Assembly: GCA_951406725.2 (NCBI GenBank) | Contig: OX597823.1 | Span: 91,698,001 to 91,762,000 of the forward strand | From: Octopus vulgaris | Taxonomy: Eukaryota | Direction of reading: 5' to 3' | DNA length: 64,000 nt | Part shown: piece after piece, positions 1-12,605 of the stretch | How positions within the stretch are numbered: the stretch's first letter is position 1 | Layout: each line of letters starts with the position of its first letter | Translations under genes and position numbers: made by a program | The notes under the pieces: model-generated | What the model saw: the letters and a program-made list of their open reading frames with translations, nothing else | Told to the model about the DNA's origin: nothing | The model's database searches: none

Positions 1-18
1 ACCACCACCACCACCACC

Positions 19-94
<76 letters not shown>

Positions 95-210
95 CTATCA
101 TTACGTTTACTATTATCGTTGCTGTCGACGTCGCCGTCGTCGCCGTCATCATCATCATCATCATCATTCATCATAATCCTCATCATCATCAATACCGTTA
201 CCACCGCCAT
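1..210. repeat. (ACC)n/(ATC)n compound microsatellite
   Basis: Direct reading of tandem triplets. Confidence 0.95.
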
Positions 211-559
211 CCAAACCATACCGCCCCTTTTCACCAACTTTGATAACAACTGTTTATTACCATCCGCTATGATGTCTTACTGAATGTTTTAAGGTAAGCT
301 TTACCTACCTAGGTGATATAATTGCGGCTTTGATGTAGTTATGTAAAACAATAACAACAATAACAAAACAAAACTTGAAGGATTATGAAATGAAGCGGAA
401 GAAGTTCAGAGACAGGGACACTTTTGACAACAAAATCCATTCGTTTACTTGATTTAACATGCTACTTTAAATGTAGCGCTGTGAAAAACTGTAGACACAA
501 CCATTTCGATAGTTGACCATAGCCTCCACATAGAAAAACCTCCCATACGATCAAACGAA

Positions 560-950
560 TAGGTTGTTGATGGTATGCTCTATTGCCTTCAACATTTTCT
601 TTCCTCTGTCATGCCGTTTTTGCTTGGGGTCACTTTGGAGCAACTGATGTTGAATAACGTATGGTTTTTAACCCTAAATTCTTTTTCACAATCCTTCTTA
701 ATGACCGGTCCGAAATATTCTACTTATTTGTCATCTTTCTCTTGCTTCTTTGAGGGTTCCTCTTCACCTTCTCATTGATAACTTCTATTATTCCCTTCGT
801 ATGAGCTGAATGGTTTCTTCATGAAATTGGATCGGTGAGCCTGTTTGCACCCCTTGAAACTTTCTTTGCACATAAAAACAGTTTTTATGCAAACATTCAA
901 CCTTTTATCACTTCTTAATTCCTCGTACCAGCCATTTTCAATGCTACCAT
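560..950 (-). pseudogene. Degenerate Tc1/mariner (maT/DD37D-like) transposase, N-terminal HTH fragment
   Basis: Minus-strand translation INEKVKRNPQRSKRKMTNK*NISDRSLRRIVKKNLGLK / KPYVIQHQLL..KQKRHDRGKKML resembles the RNPRRSxRKMAxELxISxxSVRRIVKxDLGLKPY motif; contains a stop and a frameshift. Confidence 0.65.
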
Positions 951-1204
951 TTGTTCACATTTTGTTTGAGCTGCCATATCTAATTAAGAACAAACGATAA
1001 AACAAAAGAATATTAAAAAGCGTTATGGAACACTTGCGGCTATTTCAGTGGATAAGAATATTTCAATTCATGTTTGAAGAATGGGTAAATTATTATCTTC
1101 AAATAACGGGTAAGTGCACACACTGCACCCAATATACACATTCTTACATGCACATGCAGTAATAACTATAAATAATACACCCCACCGCTCATAAATGCGA
1201 CCGA

Positions 1205-1352
1205 CTTCATTCAGTTTCCATCTCTGAAATTGACACACAAGGGTTTATTCAGCCTGGGGCTATAGTAGAAGACACTTGACCAAGGTACCACGCAGAGGGG
1301 CTGAACTTGGAACCATGATGATAGGAAGCAAACTTCTTAACACACAGCCACC
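1205..1352 (-). mobile_element. SINE family A, 5' half (tRNA-derived head, CORE-like GTGGCACCTTGGGCAAG)
   Basis: Reverse complement aligns with the first ~150 bp of the copy at 63649. Confidence 0.85.
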
Positions 1353-1369
1353 CCACCATATACATACAG

Positions 1370-1427
<58 letters not shown>

Positions 1428-1449
1428 GTCTGTATATATATATATATGC

Positions 1450-1955
<506 letters not shown>

Positions 1956-1956
1956 G

Positions 1957-2013
<57 letters not shown>

Positions 2014-2689
2014 TATACGCATATATATATATACATAAAATATATATACTTAATAAACACATGCACCAACTACATGCATACACACACGAGTGCGCATATA
2101 TGAATATTAAGTTTTCTAGTCTCCTCTGTATCCATGTGTTTATCTGCTAGCGTTATCATCTCTATTTCTAAACCGATCATTACCAGACATCTCAGCTTCC
2201 AGTGTAAGGCAGGTGATAGAAACCCCCTAAAACGGTTCATATTTCACATTGGTAACACTTAGAATCAAGTTATAGAGAACCAGCAATGAATAACTCCAAT
2301 CCATAAGGGAGACTACACAATATACAATGTAATTGCCACACAATAATCTTTCCGATAAGATGGCTTCTTCCACACATCGGTCTCTATAACCAGAAGCACG
2401 CTTTATTTATATAGCTTCAGGTGTTAAGCAAGGCTTTCACAATCTAACACTTGGGTATATCATTTATAGGAGAAAGTGTTTACTTCTCTCACTGCCTCTG
2501 TCACTCTCTCTCTCTCTCTGTCGTTCTATTTGTCTCTCACTGTCTCTGTCTCTGTCTTTCTCTCCTTCTCTCTTTCGTTCTCTGTCCCTATCATATTTTA
2601 TTGTTATTCAATACTTTTCTCTATTTACATCTCAATTCTCTCTCTCTCTTGACTTATTTTGACGCTGTTCCTCTCTTTATCTTGTATTT

Positions 2690-2910
2690 CGTATCTGTTA
2701 CGTGGTTCAGTCGTTGGACTGCGGCCATATTGGGGCACAGCCTTGGAGTGTGTTTTTTTTATTCAAATAATTCATCCAAATACTTATTATTCTTTTTACG
2801 TTTCGTTCTTGTTCTACCGATTTTTTTCACTGAACTGCTTAAGGTATGAGGATGTGAACAAACCAACAGCAGTTGCCATACGGTGGTTAGGATACGAATG
2901 GAAAGACAAA
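2690..2910 (-). mobile_element. SINE family A, degenerate 3' half
   Basis: GACTGCGGCCATATTGGGGCAC is the reverse complement of the family tail. Confidence 0.65.
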
Positions 2911-2919
2911 CACACTCAC

Positions 2920-3402
2920 GTACGCATGCATATGTATATACATACATACATGCATACATAGATACATTATGAATACATACATACGTACGTACATACACAT
3001 ATATACATTTTACATGCATATATACGTATATGCGTACATACATACATATATACGTACATACATACATACATACATGCATACATGCATACATACATGCATA
3101 CATATATACGTACAGCATACTCGCATGCATGCATTCATACGTACATACATACATTTATACGTACATACATACATGCAAACAAGCATGCGTGCATATACAC
3201 GTCCATACATACATGCATACATACATACATACATACATACATACATTCATACATACATACATACATACATACATGCATACTTACATACATATATACGTAC
3301 AACATACACGCATGCATGCATACATACGTGCATACATACATTCATGCATACATACATACAAGCATGCATACATAGATACATACAAGCATGCATACATATA
3401 TA
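2920..3402. repeat. (ATAC)n/(ATGC) compound microsatellite
   Basis: Direct reading. Confidence 0.95.
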
Positions 3403-3636
3403 GGGGTGTTATTATTAGTAATTTTAGTAAGGAGTGTTCAATTTCTTATTATTGTGAGGGGCCACTGCGGGTGTTTAAATATGAATATGCTCAGTTCGTT
3501 ACATAAAACTCATCCTGTTTTGTAGATTGTAAATGGGGCATTGATTGATTTGCCGTCAACTGTTATACATGCTTATATATACATACATGCATACATATAT
3601 ATACGTACATACATACATACATACATACATTCATAC

Positions 3637-4125
3637 ATGATGGGTGCCCCCTCGTTATCGTGTATGGCCGTTGCACGATGCTTAACTGTTATTGGTGTTG
3701 TGATCGAATGTGACTTTTTTGCCCAGCTAAAGATCTACAATGTCTTGTACAGAATTAGCAGCTAAAATCTTTACCTGTAATAGCCGGCTATAGTTGTAAC
3801 TGGGCTTCATGTACCTCCTTACTTGCTCATGTGTAAATTGAGCTTTCTCAAAAGTGGCTGTCCCCTCGTGCGCAATCCTTCTCCACCTGCTACGATCAAT
3901 AGCTATGCCCGCCCATGTGTCAGGAGAGATGAAAGTATCTCTTAAGGAAGCCTTCAGCAAGTCCTTATAGCTCTTTTTTGGTTTATGTGGGGGTCGTTCT
4001 CCTTTAGCTAACTCTCCATAAAAGAGTTGTTTTGTCATCCTTGAATCCTTCATCCTGACCAGATGACCACTCCATCTGAGCCTTTGCTTTAACACAAGAG
4101 CTTCTATACCTTCGCACAGAGAGCC
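3637..4125 (-). pseudogene. RTE-clade LINE 3' end (C-terminal domain, terminal Cys/His motif and 3' UTR)
   Basis: ORF 3727-4095 QRLRWSGHLVRMKDSRMTKQLFYGEL...RSRWRRIAHEG is the typical RTE C-terminus; a frameshifted FSC*FCTRHCRSLAG..SH follows. Confidence 0.9.
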
Positions 4126-4189
4126 TTATATATACATACATGCATTCATATATACGTACATACATGCATGCATACATACGTACATATAC

Positions 4190-4918
4190 AAGGTGTCTGG
4201 GCTAAATTTGACAATCTTTTATGTCACGTGTCATTCAGAAACAGCTCGATGTATAGATGAACGGTCAACGGCGTTGAAGAGCATATAGATCAAAAGCTGA
4301 TTTGAGAAAAAGTAAGCTACCATGCAGCACTAGAGGCCATCTGTCAATGTCACGACTGCTGCTCAATGTTGTATGTTTAGTGGCATTTCGAGGGTGGAGA
4401 TGCACTTTGAGCATGTCCCAGACGGTCATGTTGTGAAAGCTAACCTTTATGCTCAACAGGTGCAGCAAGTATATAATGCTTTGGAAGTCTGTTACCTGCC
4501 ATCCATCAATTAAGGACGCACTCTCCTACAGTATCACAATGCCCCAGGACACACACAAACTGCCAATGTGACTAAGCGCAAACTTCAGGAAGTACAGGGC
4601 CTGGAAGTGCTGTCTCACACTGCTTAGAATCCCAGACCTTGCACCATCAGATTACCACATTTTCCCAACCATGGTTCATTTTCTGTGCCAACGGTGGTTC
4701 AAAGATATGGAGGAGGTTGAAAACGGGCGTAGGGAGTTTTTTGTCTCTAAACCAGCCAAATTTATAAGCGTGCAATTGATCTTCATGCTCAACAGTGCGA
4801 ATAGAGAATAGATTATGAAGGAATATATTTGGAGGAATAAACGCTTTGCAAGTGTAATTTGTTACCAGTATTATTCATCACAGCTTGAAATACGTAAAAA
4901 CTTTTGACACAGCTAGGT
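4190..4918 (+). pseudogene. Degenerate mariner (DD34D) transposase, C-terminal half
   Basis: Translation ..LLQYHNAPGHT..EVLSHTA*NP/DLAPSDYHIF..FKDMEEVENG matches the HDNARPH and YSPDLAPSDYHLF motifs. Confidence 0.85.
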
Positions 4919-5023
4919 CTCTCTCTGTCTCTCTCTCTCTATATATATGTATATATATATATATAATTATTCGCACAGCAATCGTTTCTATTTCATTCTG
5001 CATCTTTGTTTCTAAATTTGACT

Positions 5024-5088
<65 letters not shown>

Positions 5089-5100
5089 TTATATATATAT

Positions 5101-5285
5101 TCGGAGAGTTCACGAAAAAAACAAAAGACGAAGACAGGTGGTGTACAAAACAAACAGATATATTAGTATAACGCTCAGGAATAGAAAAAGTCTTTTACGC
5201 TTCGAGCCTACGCCCTTCTTCAGAGAGGGACACAGAAAAAAACAAGGAGAGAAAAAAATGTGTGTAGTGGTTACCGATCTATCAT
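5101..5285 (-). mobile_element. Short (TA)n-embedded repeat (family H1) carrying a minimal hammerhead motif at 5190-5228
   Basis: Minus strand CTGAAGA-A-GGGC-GTAG-GCTC-GAAG-C-GTA-AAAGAC; homologous to copies at 11766, 17094 and 49315. Confidence 0.75.
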
Positions 5286-5573
5286 ATATATATTTGTGTG
5301 TGTATGTGTATGGGTGTGTGTGTTTGCTTGTGTGTTTGTGACAGGCTTATTTCAGTTTCTGCCAACCAATTCTTCTGACATGACTTTCATTGGCCTGAGG
5401 CTATAATAGAAAATACTCGAGACAGCTGCTCAAGATAGCATGCAGTGGGATTGAACCTGAAGCCACGAACAAAGGAAGCAGGAATTTTAAGCACAGAGTC
5501 AGACCTATGCCAATGCAGGAACAGAAAATCCATCAATTCCAGCTTTGAATCTGGCACTTCTCAATCACTTCCG

Positions 5574-5621
<48 letters not shown>

Positions 5622-6231
5622 ATATATTTTAACAAATTATCTCTCCTTCTAGCACTTTTCCACAAATATCAGCCAGCCATGTATTGCCAATTTTCGCCAT
5701 CATTTTATGAAATAGAGGCGATCTTATTCTTACCTAGGTCTAGAGATTTTTACTAATCGATAGTGTTTCTCATATATCTCTAACAATTGTCTTTTATTCC
5801 ACTTCTTTTATACTTTCACTTTTACTCTCTCAGAGGTAGAAAATACGGTTTTGTTTTCTTCTTGTTTTCTCCATTATTTTAACTAAATTGCTAGGTAATC
5901 CAGATTAGATTTCTTATAATAGATATTTAAGTCTTGTTACATATCAAATTTCAGAGAAATTCTGTTATCTTTATTTATTGTCAATTTTTTTCTGTGTCGG
6001 ATTTCGACTTTTATATTTTAAACACTATCAATATTTTCCGTATTTCTTTTCCTCTTGCCTTGCTTTTTTTAATTCGATTTCTCCAGGAATATTCTTCCAG
6101 CTTTGTCCTTTACTTGTTTCTATCATTGGACTGTGGTCTTGCTGAGGGACTGCTTTGAGAGATTTAGTCAAATAATACACCACTACATTATTTACATTTG
6201 ATGGATATTAGTCCTCATCTTCTTTGTTGTT

Positions 6232-6277
6232 AACACAGCATTTCGGCTGATGTACTCTCCAGCCTTCATCAGATGTC
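6232..6277 (-). ncRNA. Minimal type I hammerhead ribozyme motif (family H2), helix III mutated
   Basis: GACAT-CTGATGA-A-GGCTG-gagagtacat-CAGCC-GAAA-TGCT-GTGTT; helices I and II pair, while TGCT departs from the CGTT seen at 7099. Confidence 0.7.
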
Positions 6278-6329
6278 TTGGGAAAATTTCAAACCTGAGT
6301 TCTCGTTCCTGAGATATTTTAGGATGTTG

Positions 6330-6427
<98 letters not shown>

Positions 6428-6446
6428 ATTATTATTATTGTGTGAG

Positions 6447-6995
6447 AGAGCAGTTCATGCCATCAAAGTGACACTGGGGTAAAATATACGAAGCCCAATA
6501 TACCCATCATGACTACCCGTCTGATAAAGGTACATCAGGCACATGCATCACAACCATATGTGCGCGACATGGTGATCTCATATCAAGATAAACAGCACAT
6601 GACCTTGCAGGTGGGGCCCAGTTAGAATTTTCTTCAGGTTGAGTAGCCGATCCCGCTCAAACGGTCCCTGAATAAGGGTTGTTTAAGGATGTTGAAAGAA
6701 CCACCCATGTTTCCAGAGGTGAACTATTCAAACCCCAAAGAATCCCTCTCAACACATGGCTATGATGCTCCCCACTACTTCTGCTCGTGATCAGAGATGC
6801 ACATATCGTCAGCCAATAAGGGACATGCTCAACTGGTTAAGGTCAAACAACTGACAAGCAAATCTGTGGTATTGAGCAGAATATTTGCTGTAGCCCATCT
6901 TTTATACCAAGACAAAACAATGTACATGATAACACTTCCAATCAGTTAAGATCAGAAGCCATGAGAGCCACTGCCTGGTACTGCATCAGGGCATT
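6447..6995. mobile_element. ~550 bp non-coding insertion within a (TTA)n tract, unclassified
   Basis: Balanced-composition block flanked on both sides by pure (TTA)n; no ORF; single copy in this window. Confidence 0.45.
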
Positions 6996-7000
6996 TATTA

Positions 7001-7081
<81 letters not shown>

Positions 7082-7721
7082 CGGTTATTGCCCAGAATCG
7101 TTGTGTTAACAACTAACAAGATGAGGACAAATATCTGTCAAATGTAAATAATGTAAATAATGTACAAAATTATTCATCTCTCAAATAGAGAATTGTATAA
7201 ATCAACCCTGGTACTTACATTTTTTTAATTAAGTCTGGTATTTACCAAGTCGATCTCTTTTGCCAAACAGCAAAGTCACAAGGGATGTAAAGAGACTAAC
7301 AAAAGATGTGAAGCAGTGGTGGGAGACAAAGGCAAACACGAAAACAAACACACACAACCACGCGCCCACACGCACGCACACACAGCCACGCGCACACACA
7401 CATTTGTATTTGATATGCTTCCAAACGTTTCTGCCTACCAAATTCACTCACAGGTCTGGGGTTATAGTAAAAAAACTCTTGGCCAAGGTGCCACACAGTG
7501 AGACTGAACCGGAAACCATGAGATTGGGAAGCAAAACGTCTTACCACACGCTCATGTCTGCCTAGAAATATTATTTTACACTGGGCAATAATGTGATTTT
7601 AAAGCTCAGTATCTTATTCCATTCATTCAAAATATTTTAAATATAAATCCGATGGCGTTATAATAGTTCTTCCGCTAATATTTTACTTATTCGCGTGTGT
7701 TATACTCTCTCTTATTTATTC

Positions 7722-8230
7722 TTTTCTAATCTAGACACAAGGCCCGTAATTTTGGGAGAGGTGGGGCAGTCGATGAGATCGACCCCAGTACGCAACTGGT
7801 ACTTAATTTATCGACCCAGAGATGATGAAAGCAAGTCGACCTCGGCGGAATTTGAACTCAGAACATAAAGACTGACGAAATACTGCTAAGCATTTTGTCC
7901 GGCGTGCTAAAGTGTCTGCCAGCTCGCCGCCTTAAAATAATATTTTCTACACTAGGCACAAAGCCCGAAATTTTTGGAGAGGGGCCAGTCGATTAGATCG
8001 ACTCCAGTATGCAATTTGTACTTAATTTATCGACCCAGAAAGAATGAAAGACGAAGTCAACCTCGGTGGAATTTGAACTAAGAACGTAGCGGCAGACAAA
8101 ATACCTATTTCTTTACTACCCACAAGAGGCTAAACGTAGAGAGGACAAACAAGGACAGACAAACGGATGAAGTCGATTATATCGACCCCAGTGTGTAACT
8201 GGTACTTATTTAATCGACCCCGAAAGGATG
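7722..8230 (-). mobile_element. SINE family B tandem copies (Meta-domain-like GCCTTTCATCCTTTCGGGGTCGATAAATTAAGTACC)
   Basis: Repeated reverse-complement matches to the copy at 22834. Confidence 0.9.
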
Positions 8231-8769
8231 TCTTGTCTTCCATACCTACCAAAAGTGAAATAATAATACTGACTGTCAATTATCTTTGTTTTTTCATGCA
8301 TATTAATTTTGCATAATTAATGTTTTAATATTCCAAACATTAATTACGCCAACGTTAACTTTTCTACTTGAATATCATGTTAAATCTCCGTAAATCCTCC
8401 TTAGTTACATTTAATGAACCGCTGACACTAAAATGCTACAGCTGGGCACCTCAGTGCATCTCAAGAGACACCACGCTGTGAGAGATTTTTAGAAAGATTA
8501 TTTAAGAATTTGGGAAAAAAAAAACTATTACTAATTGACAGATGTCAAGAAAAATTATTTGTTATAATTTCGTTAAACACATGTTGAGATTATTTAAACG
8601 GCGTAAGTAAATTTCTGAACATTTAAAAAAACATTTTATTTAAGAAATATTGTACGGATTTCTCCAAATTATTATGTATAAAGAGCTGTTTGATTTCTGG
8701 GGTGTCAAAACATGAAAAAAAAAAGAAGAATGGGAAAACTGGAGTTGTTTGGAATAAAATATAAATCTT

Positions 8770-9600
8770 TCTACCATTTGGCACAAGACCAGTATATTTC
8801 ATGGGAAGTGGGAGTTGATTGCATCGACCCCACGACTTGATTGGTAGTTATTTTATCGATCTTGAAAGGGTGTAAGGCAAAGCTGACTTCGGCGGTATTT
8901 GAACTGTAAGCGTAATGCGTCAGAAGAGATGTTGATAACCTTTTTTTTTCTGTCCAACGCGCTAACAATTCTGCCAGCTCGCTTTCTTTGGTATAAGCTG
9001 TATTATTTTTACAATAGGAAAAAAGGCCTGAGATTTCTGAGGGTGAGGGCTCGTCAATTACATCGCTACAAGCGGTTGACTGATACGTAATTCGACCCAA
9101 ATCGACATCGAAAAAATTTGAACTCGGAAAGTAATAAGTCAGAAGAAATGTCCCTAAGCATATTATTTTCTACTCTAGGCACAAGACCCGAAATTTTAGG
9201 AGATGGGGTCAGTCGATTATATCGACCCCAGTATGCAACTGGTACTTAATTTATCGACTCCGAAAGGATGAAAGCAAAGTCGACCTCGGCGGAATTTGAA
9301 CTCAGAACATAAAGACAGATGAAATACCTATTTCTTTACTACACACAAGGGGCTAAACACAGAGAAGACAAACAAGGACAGACAGACGGATTAATTCGAT
9401 TATATCGACCCCAGTGCGTAACTGGTACTTAATTTATCGACCCCGAAAGGATGAAAGGCAAAGTCGACCTCGGTGGAACTCAGAACGTAACGGCAGATGA
9501 AATACCGCTAGGCATTTCGCCCGGCGTGCTAACGTTTCTGCCAGCTCGCTGTCTTAGATACCCCTAAGCATATTATCTGGCTTGCCAACGCCCCCGCCAT
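8770..9600 (-). mobile_element. SINE family B cluster; younger dimer at ~9166-9556 inserted into an older copy
   Basis: Direct repeat CCCTAAGCATATTA at 9152-9165 and 9562-9575 flanks the dimer. Confidence 0.9.
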
Positions 9601-9749
9601 ATTGCCGTGTTGACAATAAACTTCATTACGATAAACTGTGAATTGTATTCAAGCAACATACTCTTAAATTTGTATCTTAATTATAGCTTGTAGCATTTAA
9701 TAGTAAAGCAATGGTTTTACTATTAAATGCTACAAGTCTTCTTTATATT

Positions 9750-10390
9750 GTTCCACATTTATTCTCTAAATTTACAATATAAATTTAGGTTTTCGTTAAC
9801 ATGCAGTTTACCATCATAAAATAGTGTAAGTATATTGTTGTAAAAAATGAAAGTAAATTGAGATAGAAACCGAAAATGACGACTGTACCATTCCATAATT
9901 TTATGTAACAATGTATGAAACATAATGAATTTATAAAACCATTTTATAAGATGAGCGTAATCACATTTACGGGAAAGAAGACAGTCATTAGTGGACGAAA
10001 TTTCCAAATCTGTTTCGCTACACATGCATGATAAGATGCGATGTAAGCAAGTCATAATTAATCCCACATTGTCACCCGAGCTTCTTCTTGGCGGGCATCT
10101 GTCGCTCTTTTATAGTCAGTGCACGGATGCTGTCATCGTTTGAATCAACCAAATTGAAAGAATGGTTGACATCTTCATAAATATAGAAGTTTCCAAGATC
10201 CATCTAGGAAACCCACCCATTGAATATCAAACAGAACGTTTGATACTATGTCACTGTTGTCAGTTCCAGTTTCTATCATAATTCACTTCAATTGGTTTAC
10301 GACAATTTACTTTCACTTTTTTACGACGGTAAACTAAATGTTAACGAAAACCGAAATCTGTATTCTGAATTTAGAAAGTAAATGTAAAAC
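9750..10390. mobile_element. MITE-like element with long imperfect terminal inverted repeats
   Basis: 9760-9890 is the diverged reverse complement of about 10250-10385 (GTTTTCGTTAACAT..GTTTACC vs GGTAAAC..ATGTTAACGAAAAC). Confidence 0.6.
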
Positions 10391-10683
10391 TTTATACAGA
10401 AGCTTGGCATTGTTGTTTTAATAAATATAACAGTATGGAAATTTTAGCTTTTTTCTTTTAACAAACACTTGTAGGAAAATATTTCTCACATATAGATGTG
10501 TATTAATGTCATATTTTCGCGTCATTGAATATTTTAAGCACACTACATAAAGAATAATAGCTTGGGTTTATGTTTAATCCTATGCGCTTGCGTGTGCGCG
10601 AAACCACTTGCTCACACAAACGTGTATGTATATACATGTGTGTAAATGCGTCAGTATGTATTTGATTGAAATACGCACAAGGA

Positions 10684-10714
<31 letters not shown>

Positions 10715-10783
10715 TTATATATATATATACACATATATATATGTACATGTATTTATGTATATATGTATATATATATCTATAAT

Positions 10784-10831
<48 letters not shown>

Positions 10832-11283
10832 TGTATTTATGTATATATATTATATATATATATATATGTATACATATATTTATGAATGTATATATATGTA
10901 TGTGTAAGCATTAATATATATACACTCACATACATATATACATATATACACACTCACAAAGGCATGCTCAAATACTCACACTTATATGCATACACACGTA
11001 CACACAGACACACACATATATTTCGTTTAATTATATGCAACGGATACACTCCAAGCAAAAAAAACGAGTCCCTCTTGCAGCTCAATAGATCTTCAATGGC
11101 TTCTTTATAACAAAATACAAACATATTTTGGTCCCAAAATTGCTTTCATCAGCAGGAATTCTCAAATTGCGTGCAAAAGACATTCATCTCTTTCTGACTG
11201 TTCTTCAATTATCGAATTTGGAGACGACCCCAATTCTTGGACATACGAATAAAGTATTCACACATACACATAAATACATAGAT

Positions 11284-11377
<94 letters not shown>

Positions 11378-11695
11378 CGTAATGTAAATATATAGAATTC
11401 AATTGTGCTTCTGTTTGTAACACATCTGGTTTAGTGTTTGACGTTAACAAGGTTTTTGTTTGAGTCGAGCTTTGCTTTCCTTTATGCACAGAGAACAACA
11501 CTTTGTAGTTTCCGATTTGATTTTCCAGTTTCCTTTCATCTTATCCCTATCGGCTCAGATATAACAGTGTGGTAGGGAAGCTTACTTTCCAACCATGTAA
11601 TTTCAGGTTCAATCTCACTGTGTCTTCTACTATAGCCTTGGACTAGAAAAACTTTGTAAGGATATGAGGCAGGCAAAAACTGAAAGAAACCTAAC

Positions 11696-11765
<70 letters not shown>

Positions 11766-11769
<4 letters not shown>

Positions 11770-11930
11770 AGAATTCACAAACAAGACGAAGACAGGTGAT
11801 GTAGACAACAAACAGATGTATTAGTTTAACGCTCGGGAAGTGAAAAAGTCTTTACCGTTTCGAGCCTACGCTCTTCTACAGAAATAAACAAGGAGAGAAA
11901 ACAGAGAATGTTTAGAGCTAGTGATCTATC
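11766..11930 (-). mobile_element. Family H1 repeat with hammerhead-like motif (11848-11885) next to (TA)n
   Basis: Minus strand TTT-CTGTAGA-A-GAGC-GTAG-GCTC-GAAAC-GGTA-AAGAC. Confidence 0.7.
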
Positions 11931-12516
11931 TATATAATCTATTCTATCCTATTACTCTGTCACTCTCTCTCCCTCACTTCTTCTCCCATGCTCACGTGGC
12001 TTCCACGTGACCATCGACCGGCTTTCTTTCTTCTTACTAGTTTTTGTTTGTTTCTCTCCGTTCTAGCTGAAACAAGGAAGACGTGTTCTTGTCTGTCCCG
12101 TGTCCAAGCTTGATTTACGCGTTCGCCACCACAACTTCAATGAGTCATTTGATTTGATCGACATCTGAAGTGGTGGTGGTGGTGTGGGGTCTGCTTGAGC
12201 GTTCATCAATAAGGCTACAATCACAAACTCTAAACTTAGCGACCCGCTCAGTTCTGTCAGCTAAAGAAACTTTACCGTACACAGCACATATCTTTTTTGT
12301 TACTTACGAGGCACTTTTGCCTTTAAAAAAGCATCAAGTTTCTAAGCTGCTCGTTACAATCATCCATTTTATAGGGATGCAAAATTGAGTCGAATTAAAT
12401 AATTTAAAACTTCCTTGAAATGCAAGCATGTTATAAGTGTCGATAGATTTGATGTATTCTAAGGTATTGGAACATGAACGACTAAAAGTCGGCATGAACT
12501 TCTTGGAAAACATAAT

Positions 12517-12605
<89 letters not shown>

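Larger units (their letters stand above)
6110..7562 (-). mobile_element. SINE family A copy split by a ~1 kb nested insertion (about 6175-7197)
   Basis: Family tail at 6110-6172 continues at 7198-7562 (3' half, (CA)n tract, head). Confidence 0.75.
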
